Below are positions 28,374 to 37,916 of a stretch of DNA of 64,000 nucleotides, piece after piece. The stretch's first letter is position 1. The number at the start of each line of letters is the position of its first letter. Under the pieces are notes generated by a model that was not told the DNA's origin, searched no databases, and worked only from the letters and a program-made list of their open reading frames with translations. The stretch comes from a virus (Duplodnaviria > Caudoviricetes): positions 1,399 through 65,398 of the IMG/VR virus record IMGVR_UViG_2744054855_000002, one strand, 5' to 3'. A program made the position numbers and the translations under genes.

Positions 28374-28415
28374 GGTGATCTCCAAGGCGACCCACGCATG
28401 AGTCGCCCAACGTGG

Positions 28416-29363
28416 TTACGGGGTTCCGAGATCGATCAGGACGCCAGCAGTGGCTTTGTCGCTGGTCGCGTACTTCGCCCAGTTGGCGCCCGCGCCGACA
28501 GCAGCCAGGTTCGGGTTGATGCCGCCGGTGGCGTCTGCCCAGCTGTAACCCAGCAGGTCCAGGTTGAAGGTGCCCTCGGCACGGAAACCCATCGCCAAGT
28601 TTTCCTGGTTGTCGATGTTGTACGAGCGGAAGCCCGGAGCCTGGGATTCGGTGACGCGAATCGCGCCCGATTGCAGTCCGAAGATGGTTTCGGCTGGGTG
28701 AGTGTCGGTAACCAGTACCGGCTTGCCCATGGTGCCCGGCTGGCCGCCGTAGATCACCACGCCCGCTTCTTCGTAGATCTTCTCGCTGATCGCTTGGTCG
28801 ACCATGTCGAAGTAGGTGGCCGAGTCCATGGTCCACAGCGCGATGCGGCCGAAGCGGTCACCGAACTTGCGCATGCCCTTGGTCAGCACCTTCTTGCCGT
28901 CAGTGGCAAAGCTCCCGGTAGCCACCATGTTGGCGTTCGCGCCGATAGAGGCCTTGAGGGCGGCCATCGCGTACTGGATGTAGCCTTCCAGCACCGCGTC
29001 AGCGTAGTCCTGACCAACCAGCTCGGAGAACTCTTCAGGCGAGCGAGCACGGCGCTTGAAGGCCTCTTCGGTGGTCTCGTACGGGCCGTACTTGAACGGA
29101 ACCTTCACGCCGACCATCTCGCCAGCACCGATCTTGGAGCCGGTCACGGTAGCGCTGGAGTTCACGTCGCGGTGACCGATCGCGCCGCCGATCTTGTAGA
29201 AGGCCCGCTTGCGCAGATCACCTTCGATAAGCTCGTTGTTCAGCACGATTGCGCCATTCGACGAGGCGTTGAAGACATCGATCACGTCCTGGATGCGCTC
29301 CAGGTAGGCGGTTTGGGCAAGATCGTTGTAAACGATCATGTCCGAGTTGACGGTGGTCGCCAT
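28416..29363 (-). CDS. major capsid protein
   Basis: 315 aa after the scaffold gene; IDVFNASSNGAIVL. Confidence 0.85.
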   Translation of the reverse strand: MATTVNSDMIVYNDLAQTAYLERIQDVIDVFNASSNGAIVLNNELIEGDLRKRAFYKIGGAIGHRDVNSSATVTGSKIGAGEMVGVKVPFKYGPYETTEEAFKRRARSPEEFSELVGQDYADAVLEGYIQYAMAALKASIGANANMVATGSFATDGKKVLTKGMRKFGDRFGRIALWTMDSATYFDMVDQAISEKIYEEAGVVIYGGQPGTMGKPVLVTDTHPAETIFGLQSGAIRVTESQAPGFRSYNIDNQENLAMGFRAEGTFNLDLLGYSWADATGGINPNLAAVGAGANWAKYATSDKATAGVLIDLGTP

Positions 29364-29373
29364 GTGTTACTCC

Positions 29374-30093
29374 CTATTTGGGCAATTTGAGGTAGGCGCT
29401 CTGCCCGTGCGCTTCAATGAACTCGCGCTTCTGGGTAGAGGACATTTCGGAACGTTTCAGCGCGGCCCCGCCGCCACCTTTTGCACCTCCGGCCCCGCCG
29501 CCAGATGCTTTACTGCCAACAATCAACGGGCCAAAGGCCGGATCGTTGGTGAATTCTGCTTTCAACTCGTCCAGCGTTGCCGCCGAGAGCTTGCCGGCCG
29601 CGTCCAGCACGACGACGGTGGGTTTGCCGTCGCGCTGCTCGACGCTCAGCCGGCGTTCGATGTGGGGAAGCAATGCCTTGGCGCTGCCTGGGACAGCCAG
29701 AGTGGTCGCGATCTCTGTAGCGGTGCGGCCCACGGTCAGATCCCGGATCTGGCCTTGCAGGGTGCTGTTGGTGCTTTCGAGCTGGCCGGTCAGTTCAGCC
29801 TCGCGGCGCGCGTACTTCTCGGACCAGGACTTTTCGAGCTCCTCGACGTTGCCCGACTTGCGGGCGGCCTCTTCGCGCTCGAGGCGAGCGGTTTCCTCGG
29901 CCTCCTTGCGCGCCTTCTCTGCCGCCTTCTTCTCGCCGAGCAGTTCGTCGACCTTGGCCTTCAGGCCGGTAACGTCTTCCTGCTGCGGGAGGCCGTCGAT
30001 GCCCAGGACGAACTTTCCGTCCTTCTCGACATACAAGGCTGCTACCGATTCTTCTACGCCTTCGAGGCTGTCCAGTTGGAATTTCAAGGTCAT
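29374..30093 (-). CDS. capsid scaffolding protein
   Basis: coiled coil, GSKASGGGAGG linker, REFIEAHGQSAYLKLPK C-terminus. Confidence 0.8.
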   Translation of the reverse strand: MTLKFQLDSLEGVEESVAALYVEKDGKFVLGIDGLPQQEDVTGLKAKVDELLGEKKAAEKARKEAEETARLEREEAARKSGNVEELEKSWSEKYARREAELTGQLESTNSTLQGQIRDLTVGRTATEIATTLAVPGSAKALLPHIERRLSVEQRDGKPTVVVLDAAGKLSAATLDELKAEFTNDPAFGPLIVGSKASGGGAGGAKGGGGAALKRSEMSSTQKREFIEAHGQSAYLKLPK

Positions 30094-30170
30094 TGCTGTC
30101 TCCCAGAGACGTTGAGCAGGCCCTGCCTGCGGATACAAAAAAGCCCCGACTCAGCCAGGGCTTGGAATCT

Positions 30171-30207
30171 CGCGCCACGAAATTGAGACGCTATGTTTTG
30201 TGGCGCG
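30171..30207. repeat. dispersed inverted repeat CGCGCCACGAAA-N13-TTTTGTGGCGCG, copy 1
   Basis: identical arms at 36001-36037 and 43536-43571. Confidence 0.9.
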
Positions 30208-30209
30208 GA

Positions 30210-31256
30210 TCAGTTCAGCCCGGCCCGCTCGAAAGCAATCGGCTCACGCTCGCGCAGTTGTTGAAGATTCAGTGTTTTACCGTTGGCATCCGTGAATCGC
30301 TCAATAGGCAACTCGCCTTTCTTGAACAGGGCATACCGGGACGGTCCAAGCACCTCCTTCTGGAAGCCAGCAGACTGGCGCGCCAGCCATTCGGGGTAGC
30401 TGGTGTCGCTAGCCACAGGCTTGATGCCATCCGGCCCAACCGATGGCCGTGTTGAGCCAGGTATCTTCCGCTCGTACTCAGGCTTGAGCGCCGGGATGAT
30501 GGTGGTCCGGCAGTTCCAGTGGTACGGCGGTCGAGGACCATCGAGCGGGATAACCGTCTGGTCGATGCTCATGCAGTAGAGCGATGTACGCGAATCCAAC
30601 GTGGCGATGCGGCGCATGCCCAGCAGGATGTCGTCGTTCGCCTTCAGGGTTTCGACCCTGGCGGTGCTGGCGATGTGGTTCGTGGCCGTTCTCACTAGAG
30701 ATGACGCCTGATCACGCTGCACCTGGTGCAGGCTGTTGAGGCGCCTGGCGATTGCCGGGGTGGTCTCTCCAAGGGCGGAGCCGATCTTGATCTCGCTGAG
30801 GATGTCGGCGGCCTTCTTGGTGCCGAACTCGTCCAGCGCGCCGCTGATACTGATCTTCTGGACGCCCTTGCGAGCCTCCAATGCCATCGGATCAAGCTTG
30901 GCCGCCGAAGTTACGATCTGCGGCGAAGGCGTGTTGAGCTGAACCCTCGGTTTCACCACCTGCTCCAGCAGGTCGATGTTGTACTTGGCCTCCACGCCGG
31001 CGAAAGACTGAAGCTCAAGCTCCATCTGGCCCTTCATTCCGGTGTAGATGCCAGCAAGATCCTTTTGTAGAACTCGGATCTGCTGCTCGTACCGCCTAGT
31101 GCCGTAAGCGCTCAGGCCCTCAGCCACCCTACTCTTGGCCATGTCGATGGCCTGGGCGATGAATACCGCTATCTCTTCCGCGTTGTGAGCCGCGTAGAGC
31201 TGGACGTATATGGCGTGACGGGTGGCTTCGTCTTCAAGGTAGCCGTCGGCGCTCAT
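30210..31256 (-). CDS. minor head protein (Mu gpF/SPP1 gp7-like)
   Basis: ATLDSRTS..C and PPYHWNCRT motifs. Confidence 0.88.
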   Translation of the reverse strand: MSADGYLEDEATRHAIYVQLYAAHNAEEIAVFIAQAIDMAKSRVAEGLSAYGTRRYEQQIRVLQKDLAGIYTGMKGQMELELQSFAGVEAKYNIDLLEQVVKPRVQLNTPSPQIVTSAAKLDPMALEARKGVQKISISGALDEFGTKKAADILSEIKIGSALGETTPAIARRLNSLHQVQRDQASSLVRTATNHIASTARVETLKANDDILLGMRRIATLDSRTSLYCMSIDQTVIPLDGPRPPYHWNCRTTIIPALKPEYERKIPGSTRPSVGPDGIKPVASDTSYPEWLARQSAGFQKEVLGPSRYALFKKGELPIERFTDANGKTLNLQQLREREPIAFERAGLN

Positions 31257-32675
31257 CTACTCTTCCTCGTTGACCGTGACGCCCGATGTTATGGGTGCCT
31301 CGCCCTCGCGGTCCGCATCGATCAACTCATCAGTGCGATCAGCCTCAAGAACGCCGCCTTGGCGCAGGTTGACCCGAACATCACGCTTGGCGATCAGGCC
31401 CTGCTGCCAGAGCTGTACCTGGGCAAGGATGTCCTGGGCGGTCATCGTCTCGTCGAAGAACGATTGGTTGAGCCAGAACACTGTCCCGGCATCGTCCGGC
31501 TCGCCCATCATGAATCGCTCGGCGTCGAGAATGGCCCGCTTCAGGGCCTCAGACACGTTGCCGGCGATGGTACCCAGCACGCTGTTGTCCGAGCTGTAGC
31601 GGATGCGCACCGCCTCAGCCGTCTCGGCCCCGCCAGCTTTCTGCACGATGCGCGCGCCGATCATGAGCATCTGCTCTTCCTTGTCCTTCAGCAGCGTGCG
31701 AGCCAGCTGGCTTTCGGTTGCCTGGACGAGGGTCGCAGTACCGCTCTTGCCGAGGTTGTAGCCGCGGGTCGAGCCGATGTGCATGCCGTTCGGGTTCACC
31801 TTGGCGAATTCGTCGGCGCTGATGTCGGTGGTGATGAACAGCGTGGGCTGGCTGCTGATGAAGCCGCTCTCCTCCACCGTGGCGCTGTTGCCGTAGTGCA
31901 GGATGTTCACGTCAGCCAGGTCTTCAAGAGGCGACTTGTCGACGCTGGCGTCGTTGTTCTGGGCGCCGTAGAAGCTGAACAGGATGTGGTCGAATGGGCG
32001 ACCATTCTTGTCGAGCGGCGCGACCTCGCTGTAGCTGTTGCCGTCCTCGGCGTAGACGCGCTGGACGTAGCGGCCATCAACCAGCAGCAGCACGCGATAT
32101 TCGGTGCTGGTTGTGCGCTCCAGGCTGTCCGGGCTGAATACGGACACGCATTCCAGCAGGCAGACATAGACCAGGCGCTTCACGCCATCGACCACCTGCT
32201 CGTCCCAGTCGATGATCGACTCGGCGCCGTAGTGGTGAATCAGCGCGCTGCGGCCCTGCATGTCAGCCATCGAGGACACGCCCTCAACCGCAGGGAAGTC
32301 AACGAGGAAGCCGCCGCGACCGGAGTCCAGGCATTCGCCCACGGCATCTTTAGATAGCTGCTCCAGGCTTGTACCGTCGCCGCTGGCGTTCTCCTTGAGG
32401 TACTCGACCCCGGCTGGCAACTCCAGCTCCGCAGTCTTGCGGAACACGGCGCCCAGCAGGCCGGTGCGCGTGCGCCCTGTGATGTTCAGGAACATCGCCC
32501 GCTTCTTGTACTGCTTGTACCGCGCCTGGTTCTCGGGAGACTTGTTCTCCGGGTCCGGCATCGGCAGGTAAATATCGTGCTTGCGCACCTCGCGGGCGCC
32601 CGCCACGCAGCGCTTGACCAGCTGCCAGCCGGGCAAGGCCTCCGAGTACTCTGCCCGGGGGAGGAAGTTAGGCAT
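31257..32675 (-). CDS. portal protein (DUF4055-like)
   Basis: 472 aa after the terminase; RYKQYKKRAMFLN. Confidence 0.88.
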   Translation of the reverse strand: MPNFLPRAEYSEALPGWQLVKRCVAGAREVRKHDIYLPMPDPENKSPENQARYKQYKKRAMFLNITGRTRTGLLGAVFRKTAELELPAGVEYLKENASGDGTSLEQLSKDAVGECLDSGRGGFLVDFPAVEGVSSMADMQGRSALIHHYGAESIIDWDEQVVDGVKRLVYVCLLECVSVFSPDSLERTTSTEYRVLLLVDGRYVQRVYAEDGNSYSEVAPLDKNGRPFDHILFSFYGAQNNDASVDKSPLEDLADVNILHYGNSATVEESGFISSQPTLFITTDISADEFAKVNPNGMHIGSTRGYNLGKSGTATLVQATESQLARTLLKDKEEQMLMIGARIVQKAGGAETAEAVRIRYSSDNSVLGTIAGNVSEALKRAILDAERFMMGEPDDAGTVFWLNQSFFDETMTAQDILAQVQLWQQGLIAKRDVRVNLRQGGVLEADRTDELIDADREGEAPITSGVTVNEEE

Positions 32676-32683
32676 GGATGGCC

Positions 32684-34171
32684 TCAGAAAGTGAACGAGA
32701 TTGGGACGTGCTTGACCACGGAGCGCTTGGTCTTGGCCACGGCGAAGTAGCGGAAGGCGTCGGCCGGGTGGGAAGACCAGTCGTGCAGGGGCTTGTCCTT
32801 CCAGCACCCGCGCTTGTCGTCCCACTCCTTGCGGTAGCTCTCCAGGGCGGTGATGCCCTCCTCGCACTTGGATTCGTCGAAAGCGCAGTTCGGGAGGATT
32901 TCCCGTGCCTGCTCGATGCCTTCGTCAACACCGAGCTTCGGCACCACCTGAAAGGTCATCCGATACACCTGGCCGTCGATCTCGTAGCCCTCTCGCGCGA
33001 GTTCGCGTCGAGTCTTGCCGTCGCTACCAAATTCCCGGTTGTCGATATCGTGGGGCCCCCAGTGCTCGCCGTACTCGTAGCCGCGATCCTTCAGCACCTT
33101 CATGTAGTGCCGCAGGCCTTCACCGCTGTTCTGGTAGAAGTCGACAACGTGGTACTCCTCGCCGACGATCCGGACGAACCAGATGGCCGTGGAGTCGCCC
33201 ACGCCGATGTCCCAGAAGGTGTGCACCGGAAGGTGGCTGTTGTCTGGCAGCTTGCCGATGCGCTGGGCGGCGTAGAGCTTGGTGAACTGCTTGGCGTAGT
33301 ACGCGCCTTCGATCGTCTGCTGGAATGCCTCGGCAGGGATCGACGGGTACTCCCGCTTCATGTCGTCGCCGAGGGTCTTTTCCTTTGCGCTGTACCAGGC
33401 GCGCTGGCCTGGACTGGTGACGATGCCGTGCTTGGCGCTCAACTCGTCGAAATACTTGGTCAAGCGGTCCGGGATCGTGACGTCGGTCGGATCCAGCGAG
33501 TAGAGAGGGTTTCGCCACCAGCTGAAGAAGAAGAACTTCCAGTCCAGCAGGCCCAGAGGCACGCCGGCCAGCTGCTGCTTCTCGGCTGACTGGCTATAGT
33601 CGAAGAAATACCCGGCCCGTCCTTCAGCCGTCGATTCGATGGTGACGAAGCACTCGGCGGCAACAGCCTCGAACGCACCGGTGACGATCTCCCGCGCCTT
33701 GTGCGGGAACTTGGCGCAGATCTTCCCGAACTCGGAAACGTGCAGGTAGCGCAGCGTGCCGCCCCGGAACGAGGTGGATACGTAGAGCGACCCGCCCTTG
33801 CTGAAGACCAACTCACCCGCGGCGTCGTTGCGCGCCGGGTTGGCTGCCTTGATCTCCTTGGGCAGGTGATCGTAGGCGTACTTCACCTTCTCCCGGAACA
33901 GGCGCTTGGCGTCGCTCAGGGTGTGGGCGATCAGGGCGCACTTGGCAGCCTCGAACAGCGCGGCGTCGAGCTGGACGATGCAGACCAGCGTGGTGAAGCC
34001 CAGCTGCCGAGCCTTGAGGATGATGTTGCGGGTATGCATCCCCTGGAAGTAGTCGATCTGCTCCTGGGTCATCCGGAAGCGGACCTTCTTGCCCTGCTTG
34101 TCCGTGATGAAGTACAGGTTATTCAGCCGCCAGAACCGATCCCGGAGCAGTTTCATGTGCTCGGGCTTCAT
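32684..34171 (-). CDS. terL: terminase large subunit
   Basis: ILKARQLGFTT Walker A, LHVSE Walker B, WDIGVGD nuclease, HPADAFRY. Confidence 0.95.
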   Translation of the reverse strand: MKPEHMKLLRDRFWRLNNLYFITDKQGKKVRFRMTQEQIDYFQGMHTRNIILKARQLGFTTLVCIVQLDAALFEAAKCALIAHTLSDAKRLFREKVKYAYDHLPKEIKAANPARNDAAGELVFSKGGSLYVSTSFRGGTLRYLHVSEFGKICAKFPHKAREIVTGAFEAVAAECFVTIESTAEGRAGYFFDYSQSAEKQQLAGVPLGLLDWKFFFFSWWRNPLYSLDPTDVTIPDRLTKYFDELSAKHGIVTSPGQRAWYSAKEKTLGDDMKREYPSIPAEAFQQTIEGAYYAKQFTKLYAAQRIGKLPDNSHLPVHTFWDIGVGDSTAIWFVRIVGEEYHVVDFYQNSGEGLRHYMKVLKDRGYEYGEHWGPHDIDNREFGSDGKTRRELAREGYEIDGQVYRMTFQVVPKLGVDEGIEQAREILPNCAFDESKCEEGITALESYRKEWDDKRGCWKDKPLHDWSSHPADAFRYFAVAKTKRSVVKHVPISFTF

Positions 34172-34173
34172 GG

Positions 34174-34779
34174 TCAGGCATCCTTCGATAATTCATCCAT
34201 CAGCTTGGATAAGGTGTCTTCCTCGCTACCACCCTGCTTCGCGTCGAGGTCATAGGCCTGGCGCTCCAGGGCAACGAGCGTCTTCAGCGTCTCGGCCAGT
34301 TCCTTCATGGTCTTGGTGCGGCCCGGCAGGTCGATGATCTTGTTGTACAGGTCGTTGCGCTTGTCCTGACCATTGTCGTCAGGGTTTCGCATCAGCTCGC
34401 CGAGCTCTTCGAACAGGCCGCGGTTGTCGGTCAGGCCTTCAAGCTCATCCAGCAACTTGTTGGTCAGACGGCGACTGCGGGAAATGTCACCCCGGTGCGC
34501 CATCCGAATGTTCGCTATGACCTCGGCGTTGAGCTCAATAATCTCCCTTTCGGTTTCCGCCTGTTTGCTGGAAACCTCTGTGGAAACCTCGCGCTTGGAA
34601 ACCAGCGCATCGGCCTTGGCCTTGATCTTCGCCTTGAGGTCGCGATCCCAGCCATCACGCTTTGCGCGCTTGTTGATTGCTGTATGGGATACCTCGTGGG
34701 CAGCTGCGATCTCTCGCACGGAAAGCACGCCTGCCCGGTAGGCTCGCTCGATCGCCTCCCAGTCGGGTTGCTTTGTCAT
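34174..34779 (-). CDS. terS: terminase small subunit
   Basis: N-terminal HTH PDWEAIERAYRAG; directly upstream of terL. Confidence 0.8.
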   Translation of the reverse strand: MTKQPDWEAIERAYRAGVLSVREIAAAHEVSHTAINKRAKRDGWDRDLKAKIKAKADALVSKREVSTEVSSKQAETEREIIELNAEVIANIRMAHRGDISRSRRLTNKLLDELEGLTDNRGLFEELGELMRNPDDNGQDKRNDLYNKIIDLPGRTKTMKELAETLKTLVALERQAYDLDAKQGGSEEDTLSKLMDELSKDA

Positions 34780-34853
34780 TTGGATTCCCTAAAACTTGTA
34801 CCGGATGCAGATCACGGGGAACGGCTTCAAGAGTCGCTTGCGGGAGTGCCCAG

Positions 34854-35045
34854 ATGCCAGATCGATTCATTGTCGTAAATGCTCGACCCCTTGAGGGAGT
34901 TAAGGTCGACGACAAGCCCGAAGCACCCCACTGGAAAGTTCGCGGCTACCGGATCCTGGATACGCACGAAAATTGCAGACTCCAAGCTACGTTCAGGAAT
35001 CGCGACGAAGCCCAGGCGGAGTGCGATCGACGAAACGGGAAATAA
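34854..35045 (+). CDS. small moron protein
   Basis: GGGAG RBS; similar to 3070-3306. Confidence 0.6.
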   Translation: MPDRFIVVNARPLEGVKVDDKPEAPHWKVRGYRILDTHENCRLQATFRNRDEAQAECDRRNGK

Positions 35046-35050
35046 CGCAA

Positions 35051-35488
35051 CTACCTTTCCAGCCCGCCAAGCCTCAGCGTCCGAACCTTGCCGCCGGTGC
35101 TCGTATCGCGCTTGGCCGCCATCTCGACGGCCCTTTCAGCGGACGCCCCCATATCCATCGCAGCGAATGCGTATGGCGTGCCGCTGCCGATGGCGTATGG
35201 ACGATCAGGCTTGATTGGCGACTTCCATAGGCCGGTATCGTCATCTACGGCAACCGTCATCAGTCTGCCGCCATCAAGGACGATTGCAGATGCGTCGACC
35301 TTCCCCGATGGGGCAGTGCCGAAGTAGGCAGCCACCAGCGCGTCATAGTCACAGAGGGCGCCCGACATGAAGAACTTCACACCGTCACGCTCAATGCACT
35401 TGTCACAGTCGTCATCGGTGATCAGGTCGCCGCGGGTTACCCGAGAGTCGTAGGCGATCACGCCGTCCTTGTAGGCGATGGTGGTCAT
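35051..35488 (-). CDS. proteasome beta/HslV-like Ntn hydrolase
   Basis: N-terminal MTTIA, AYDSRVT, YAIGSG, RDTSTGG. Confidence 0.85.
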   Translation of the reverse strand: MTTIAYKDGVIAYDSRVTRGDLITDDDCDKCIERDGVKFFMSGALCDYDALVAAYFGTAPSGKVDASAIVLDGGRLMTVAVDDDTGLWKSPIKPDRPYAIGSGTPYAFAAMDMGASAERAVEMAAKRDTSTGGKVRTLRLGGLER

Positions 35489-35496
35489 GGCTGCAC

Positions 35497-35727
35497 TCAG
35501 TCGAAAGGATCGGCCGGCTTGGCGATCGAGCGCACAAACCACATGAAACCCTGCTGCAGGTTGGTCTTGGCCAGGGCCAGGGTGCGCTGGTCAACGCCTT
35601 CGATCTGGCCGATCTGCTTGAAGAGTTCGCCGGCATCGGCCTCCAGGGCCTTGATCGAGTTCATGCCGTCGATCTCGCTCTGGGTGAGGTCGCGGTAGCC
35701 GGTGATCTTCTTGTGCTGGTTGTCCAT
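35497..35727 (-). CDS. acb2: Acb2-like cyclic-oligonucleotide sponge (anti-CBASS)
   Basis: MDNQHKKITGYRDLTQSEID.MN.IK...R.LALAKT.LQ.GFM..VR.IA.P matches my recollection of the Acb2 family. Confidence 0.8.
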   Translation of the reverse strand: MDNQHKKITGYRDLTQSEIDGMNSIKALEADAGELFKQIGQIEGVDQRTLALAKTNLQQGFMWFVRSIAKPADPFD

Positions 35728-35773
35728 GGATGATTCTCTATGCTGTTTGCAAGGCCTAATGGAGAAGGACGCT

Positions 35774-35977
35774 ATGGAAGGAAAAAAGGATCTCGCCAAA
35801 AAGCATCTAGAGCTGATCGACCAACTCAAGCGGCTTTCTAGCATGCTGCACGATCACCCAGGCAGCACCGATCCACTGCTGGTCATGCGGCTTGATTATC
35901 GAATACACCAACTAGAACAAGCTGTCGTGCAGGAGAAAGGCTGGCGATCTCCATTTTCGACAGGGGTTAAAAGATAG
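35774..35977 (+). CDS. small hypothetical moron
   Basis: AAGGA RBS, lower GC, antisense to late genes. Confidence 0.45.
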   Translation: MEGKKDLAKKHLELIDQLKRLSSMLHDHPGSTDPLLVMRLDYRIHQLEQAVVQEKGWRSPFSTGVKR

Positions 35978-36000
35978 GCGCCTGATCTGTCAGTCAGCAT

Positions 36001-36037
36001 CGCGCCACGAAACGGCGCATTTCGATTTTGTGGCGCG
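36001..36037. repeat. dispersed inverted repeat, copy 2
   Basis: CGCGCCACGAAA-CGGCGCATTTCGA-TTTTGTGGCGCG. Confidence 0.9.
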
Positions 36038-36038
36038 A

Positions 36039-36356
36039 CTAAGGCGATACGCGATTCAGGGCCTCATCAGCCTTGTCGGCCGCCTTGGTAGCGGTGGTCG
36101 CCGCCTTGGTTGCCTTCTCGGCTGCCGAACTGGTCTTGCGGGTCAGCTCATCCAGGCGATGGTCACGTTGCAGCGTGGCCTCGTCGTAGGCGGCGCGTAT
36201 CTCGGCGACCTGCTGGCGGTACGAATCTGCCAGCGCCCACTGACCCAGCTGGAAGCCGAAGAAGACCCCGCCGGTCACCAGCAGCATGGCGATGAACCAC
36301 ACTTCGACACGGCGCCACCAGTGGCGGGCCATGAACTGGATTGCGCACTTGTCCAT
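36039..36356 (-). CDS. membrane-anchored coiled-coil protein coupled to the holin-like gene
   Basis: single TM; TGATG overlap. Confidence 0.75.
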   Translation of the reverse strand: MDKCAIQFMARHWWRRVEVWFIAMLLVTGGVFFGFQLGQWALADSYRQQVAEIRAAYDEATLQRDHRLDELTRKTSSAAEKATKAATTATKAADKADEALNRVSP

Positions 36357-36727
36357 CAGGTAGTACCTCCCAGCTTGATGCGCAGACGGGCGATCTCGTC
36401 GCTTTGTAGCGTCACCCGCTCTGTGAGGTTGGCGACCTGACTGGTCAGGGCTTCGATCTTCCCTTCCATGCGGCCGACGGTTGCGGCCAGGTCATTGCGC
36501 TCTTTGGCGAACTGGTCGGCGCGGGCCTCGGCAAGCTTGCGGGCCTCACGCTCGGAGTCGAGGAGTTCATTCAGCCGGCGCACAGTGCCGATGTCGGCGT
36601 TATCCATGGCGCGATCAGCAGCGTCCTTGGATAGGAACTTGCGCAGCCAGAGGAAGCCGCCCAGCAATACAGTGCCCGTTCCGCCCAGCCAGGTAGCTGT
36701 GCCTGGGCCGAGGTCGGTTGGGTCCAT
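36356..36727 (-). CDS. holin-like protein, first late gene
   Basis: TM plus coiled coil, directly after the Q-like gene; holin function inferred from position. Confidence 0.7.
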   Translation of the reverse strand: MDPTDLGPGTATWLGGTGTVLLGGFLWLRKFLSKDAADRAMDNADIGTVRRLNELLDSEREARKLAEARADQFAKERNDLAATVGRMEGKIEALTSQVANLTERVTLQSDEIARLRIKLGGTT

Positions 36728-36774
36728 ATTTGCTCCGCCCCGTCCGGGACTCTTGAGGCCCTCTTTGCGGGCAA

Positions 36775-36807
36775 TAAAAAACCCGGCACTTAGGCCGGGC
36801 TTCTTTT
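36775..36807 (-). terminator. terminator at the start of the late operon (tR'-like)
   Basis: CCCGGC-CTAAGT-GCCGGG followed by T6 on the minus strand. Confidence 0.65.
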
Positions 36808-36871
36808 GGTCACTCCTAAACGCGCAGGAATGACAGGATGGGCGCATATTGGCTCATTGGCTCACTCGCCG

Positions 36872-37417
36872 TCAAGCGACATTTGCCACCAAAAGGCCTT
36901 CATGGTCGAGAATGTGCTGGGCCTCGACCAAAGCGGCGTCTACTTCGCGCTCCAGAGCCTTGCGGATATCGCGCCTCCAGCGCTCCTGAGTCTTGATCGG
37001 GTGCGGCTCGTTGCTCCAGTTGTCCATCTCGTACCAGGCGGCTGGCAGGACGCTGGTACTGCGCTTACCGTCCACACCTGGCAGCTTGGGCATGGCCCAG
37101 GTCAGGATCGCGCAGTGGCGGAAACGCTCTGGCGCCGGCGAGCGATGAGAACGAGTGATTTCCTCGATCGCTGCATGCTTCCTGTCGACGTGCGTCGAGT
37201 ACTTCGCCACCAGGTGCCGCCAGTGCTCAGCTGAGAGCGACTTGTGCAGCCGGCCGAACACCCAGCAGTCCACGAGGAATGCAGCTTCCTTGCCGACGAT
37301 CTCGCCCTTCTGCTTGGCCGCTTGAACCTTCGGTTCGAAGTCACACCCGCCTGCGCTGTTGATCGTCTCGGCCGCCAGGGCTCGAACGACTGCGGAAATT
37401 ACGTTCTGATAGCTCAT
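36872..37417 (-). CDS. late antiterminator Q-like protein
   Basis: last early-right gene before the late operon. Confidence 0.6.
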   Translation of the reverse strand: MSYQNVISAVVRALAAETINSAGGCDFEPKVQAAKQKGEIVGKEAAFLVDCWVFGRLHKSLSAEHWRHLVAKYSTHVDRKHAAIEEITRSHRSPAPERFRHCAILTWAMPKLPGVDGKRSTSVLPAAWYEMDNWSNEPHPIKTQERWRRDIRKALEREVDAALVEAQHILDHEGLLVANVA

Positions 37418-37560
37418 TGCTTACCCCCGGCCTGCTTGGCCTCGCTCAAAATGGATTCTTCGTAGCTGCGCTTGCGGCGAACTGCCCCTGCCCAGGACAA
37501 CGCCACACCACCCACCACCATGAGGGTGGCCAAAATCAGGAATCCCCATGCTGGTGTCAT
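37414..37560 (-). CDS. small membrane protein
   Basis: MTPAWGFLILATLMVVGGVALSW; coupled overlaps on both sides. Confidence 0.55.
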   Translation of the reverse strand: MTPAWGFLILATLMVVGGVALSWAGAVRRKRSYEESILSEAKQAGGKQ

Positions 37561-37916
37561 GCTGCTTGCTCCTGTGCCTGGATACGGACGCGCACGGCGC
37601 CGCCTTTGATCGTTTCCTTGCTCACCCTGATCTGCGTGGCGAACACGTTGTCGTCGATTCCCAGGGCGTCTGCCAGGCCGTCACGGCCCGCCTTAAACAT
37701 CGCCAGCAGGTTGTCGTCGTCGCGCCGGCGGCGATCTGGCGGAACGAACTCGAGCATGAGCAGCGCTTCACCCTTGGGCGCCTGGATACCGGCCTGCTTC
37801 GCCAGCATGTGGCAGGCTGCCCGGTACGACTTGGCCGCCCTGCTCTTCTTGCTCCAGTGCCCGCGCGCGTTCGGGCTGCATGCGGCCGGTGGCCACGGTA
37901 GTGTCAGGTCTGTCAT
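37557..37916 (-). CDS. RusA-like endodeoxyribonuclease
   Basis: PPDRRRRDDDNL...K...DGLADALGIDD. Confidence 0.85.
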   Translation of the reverse strand: MTDLTLPWPPAACSPNARGHWSKKSRAAKSYRAACHMLAKQAGIQAPKGEALLMLEFVPPDRRRRDDDNLLAMFKAGRDGLADALGIDDNVFATQIRVSKETIKGGAVRVRIQAQEQAA

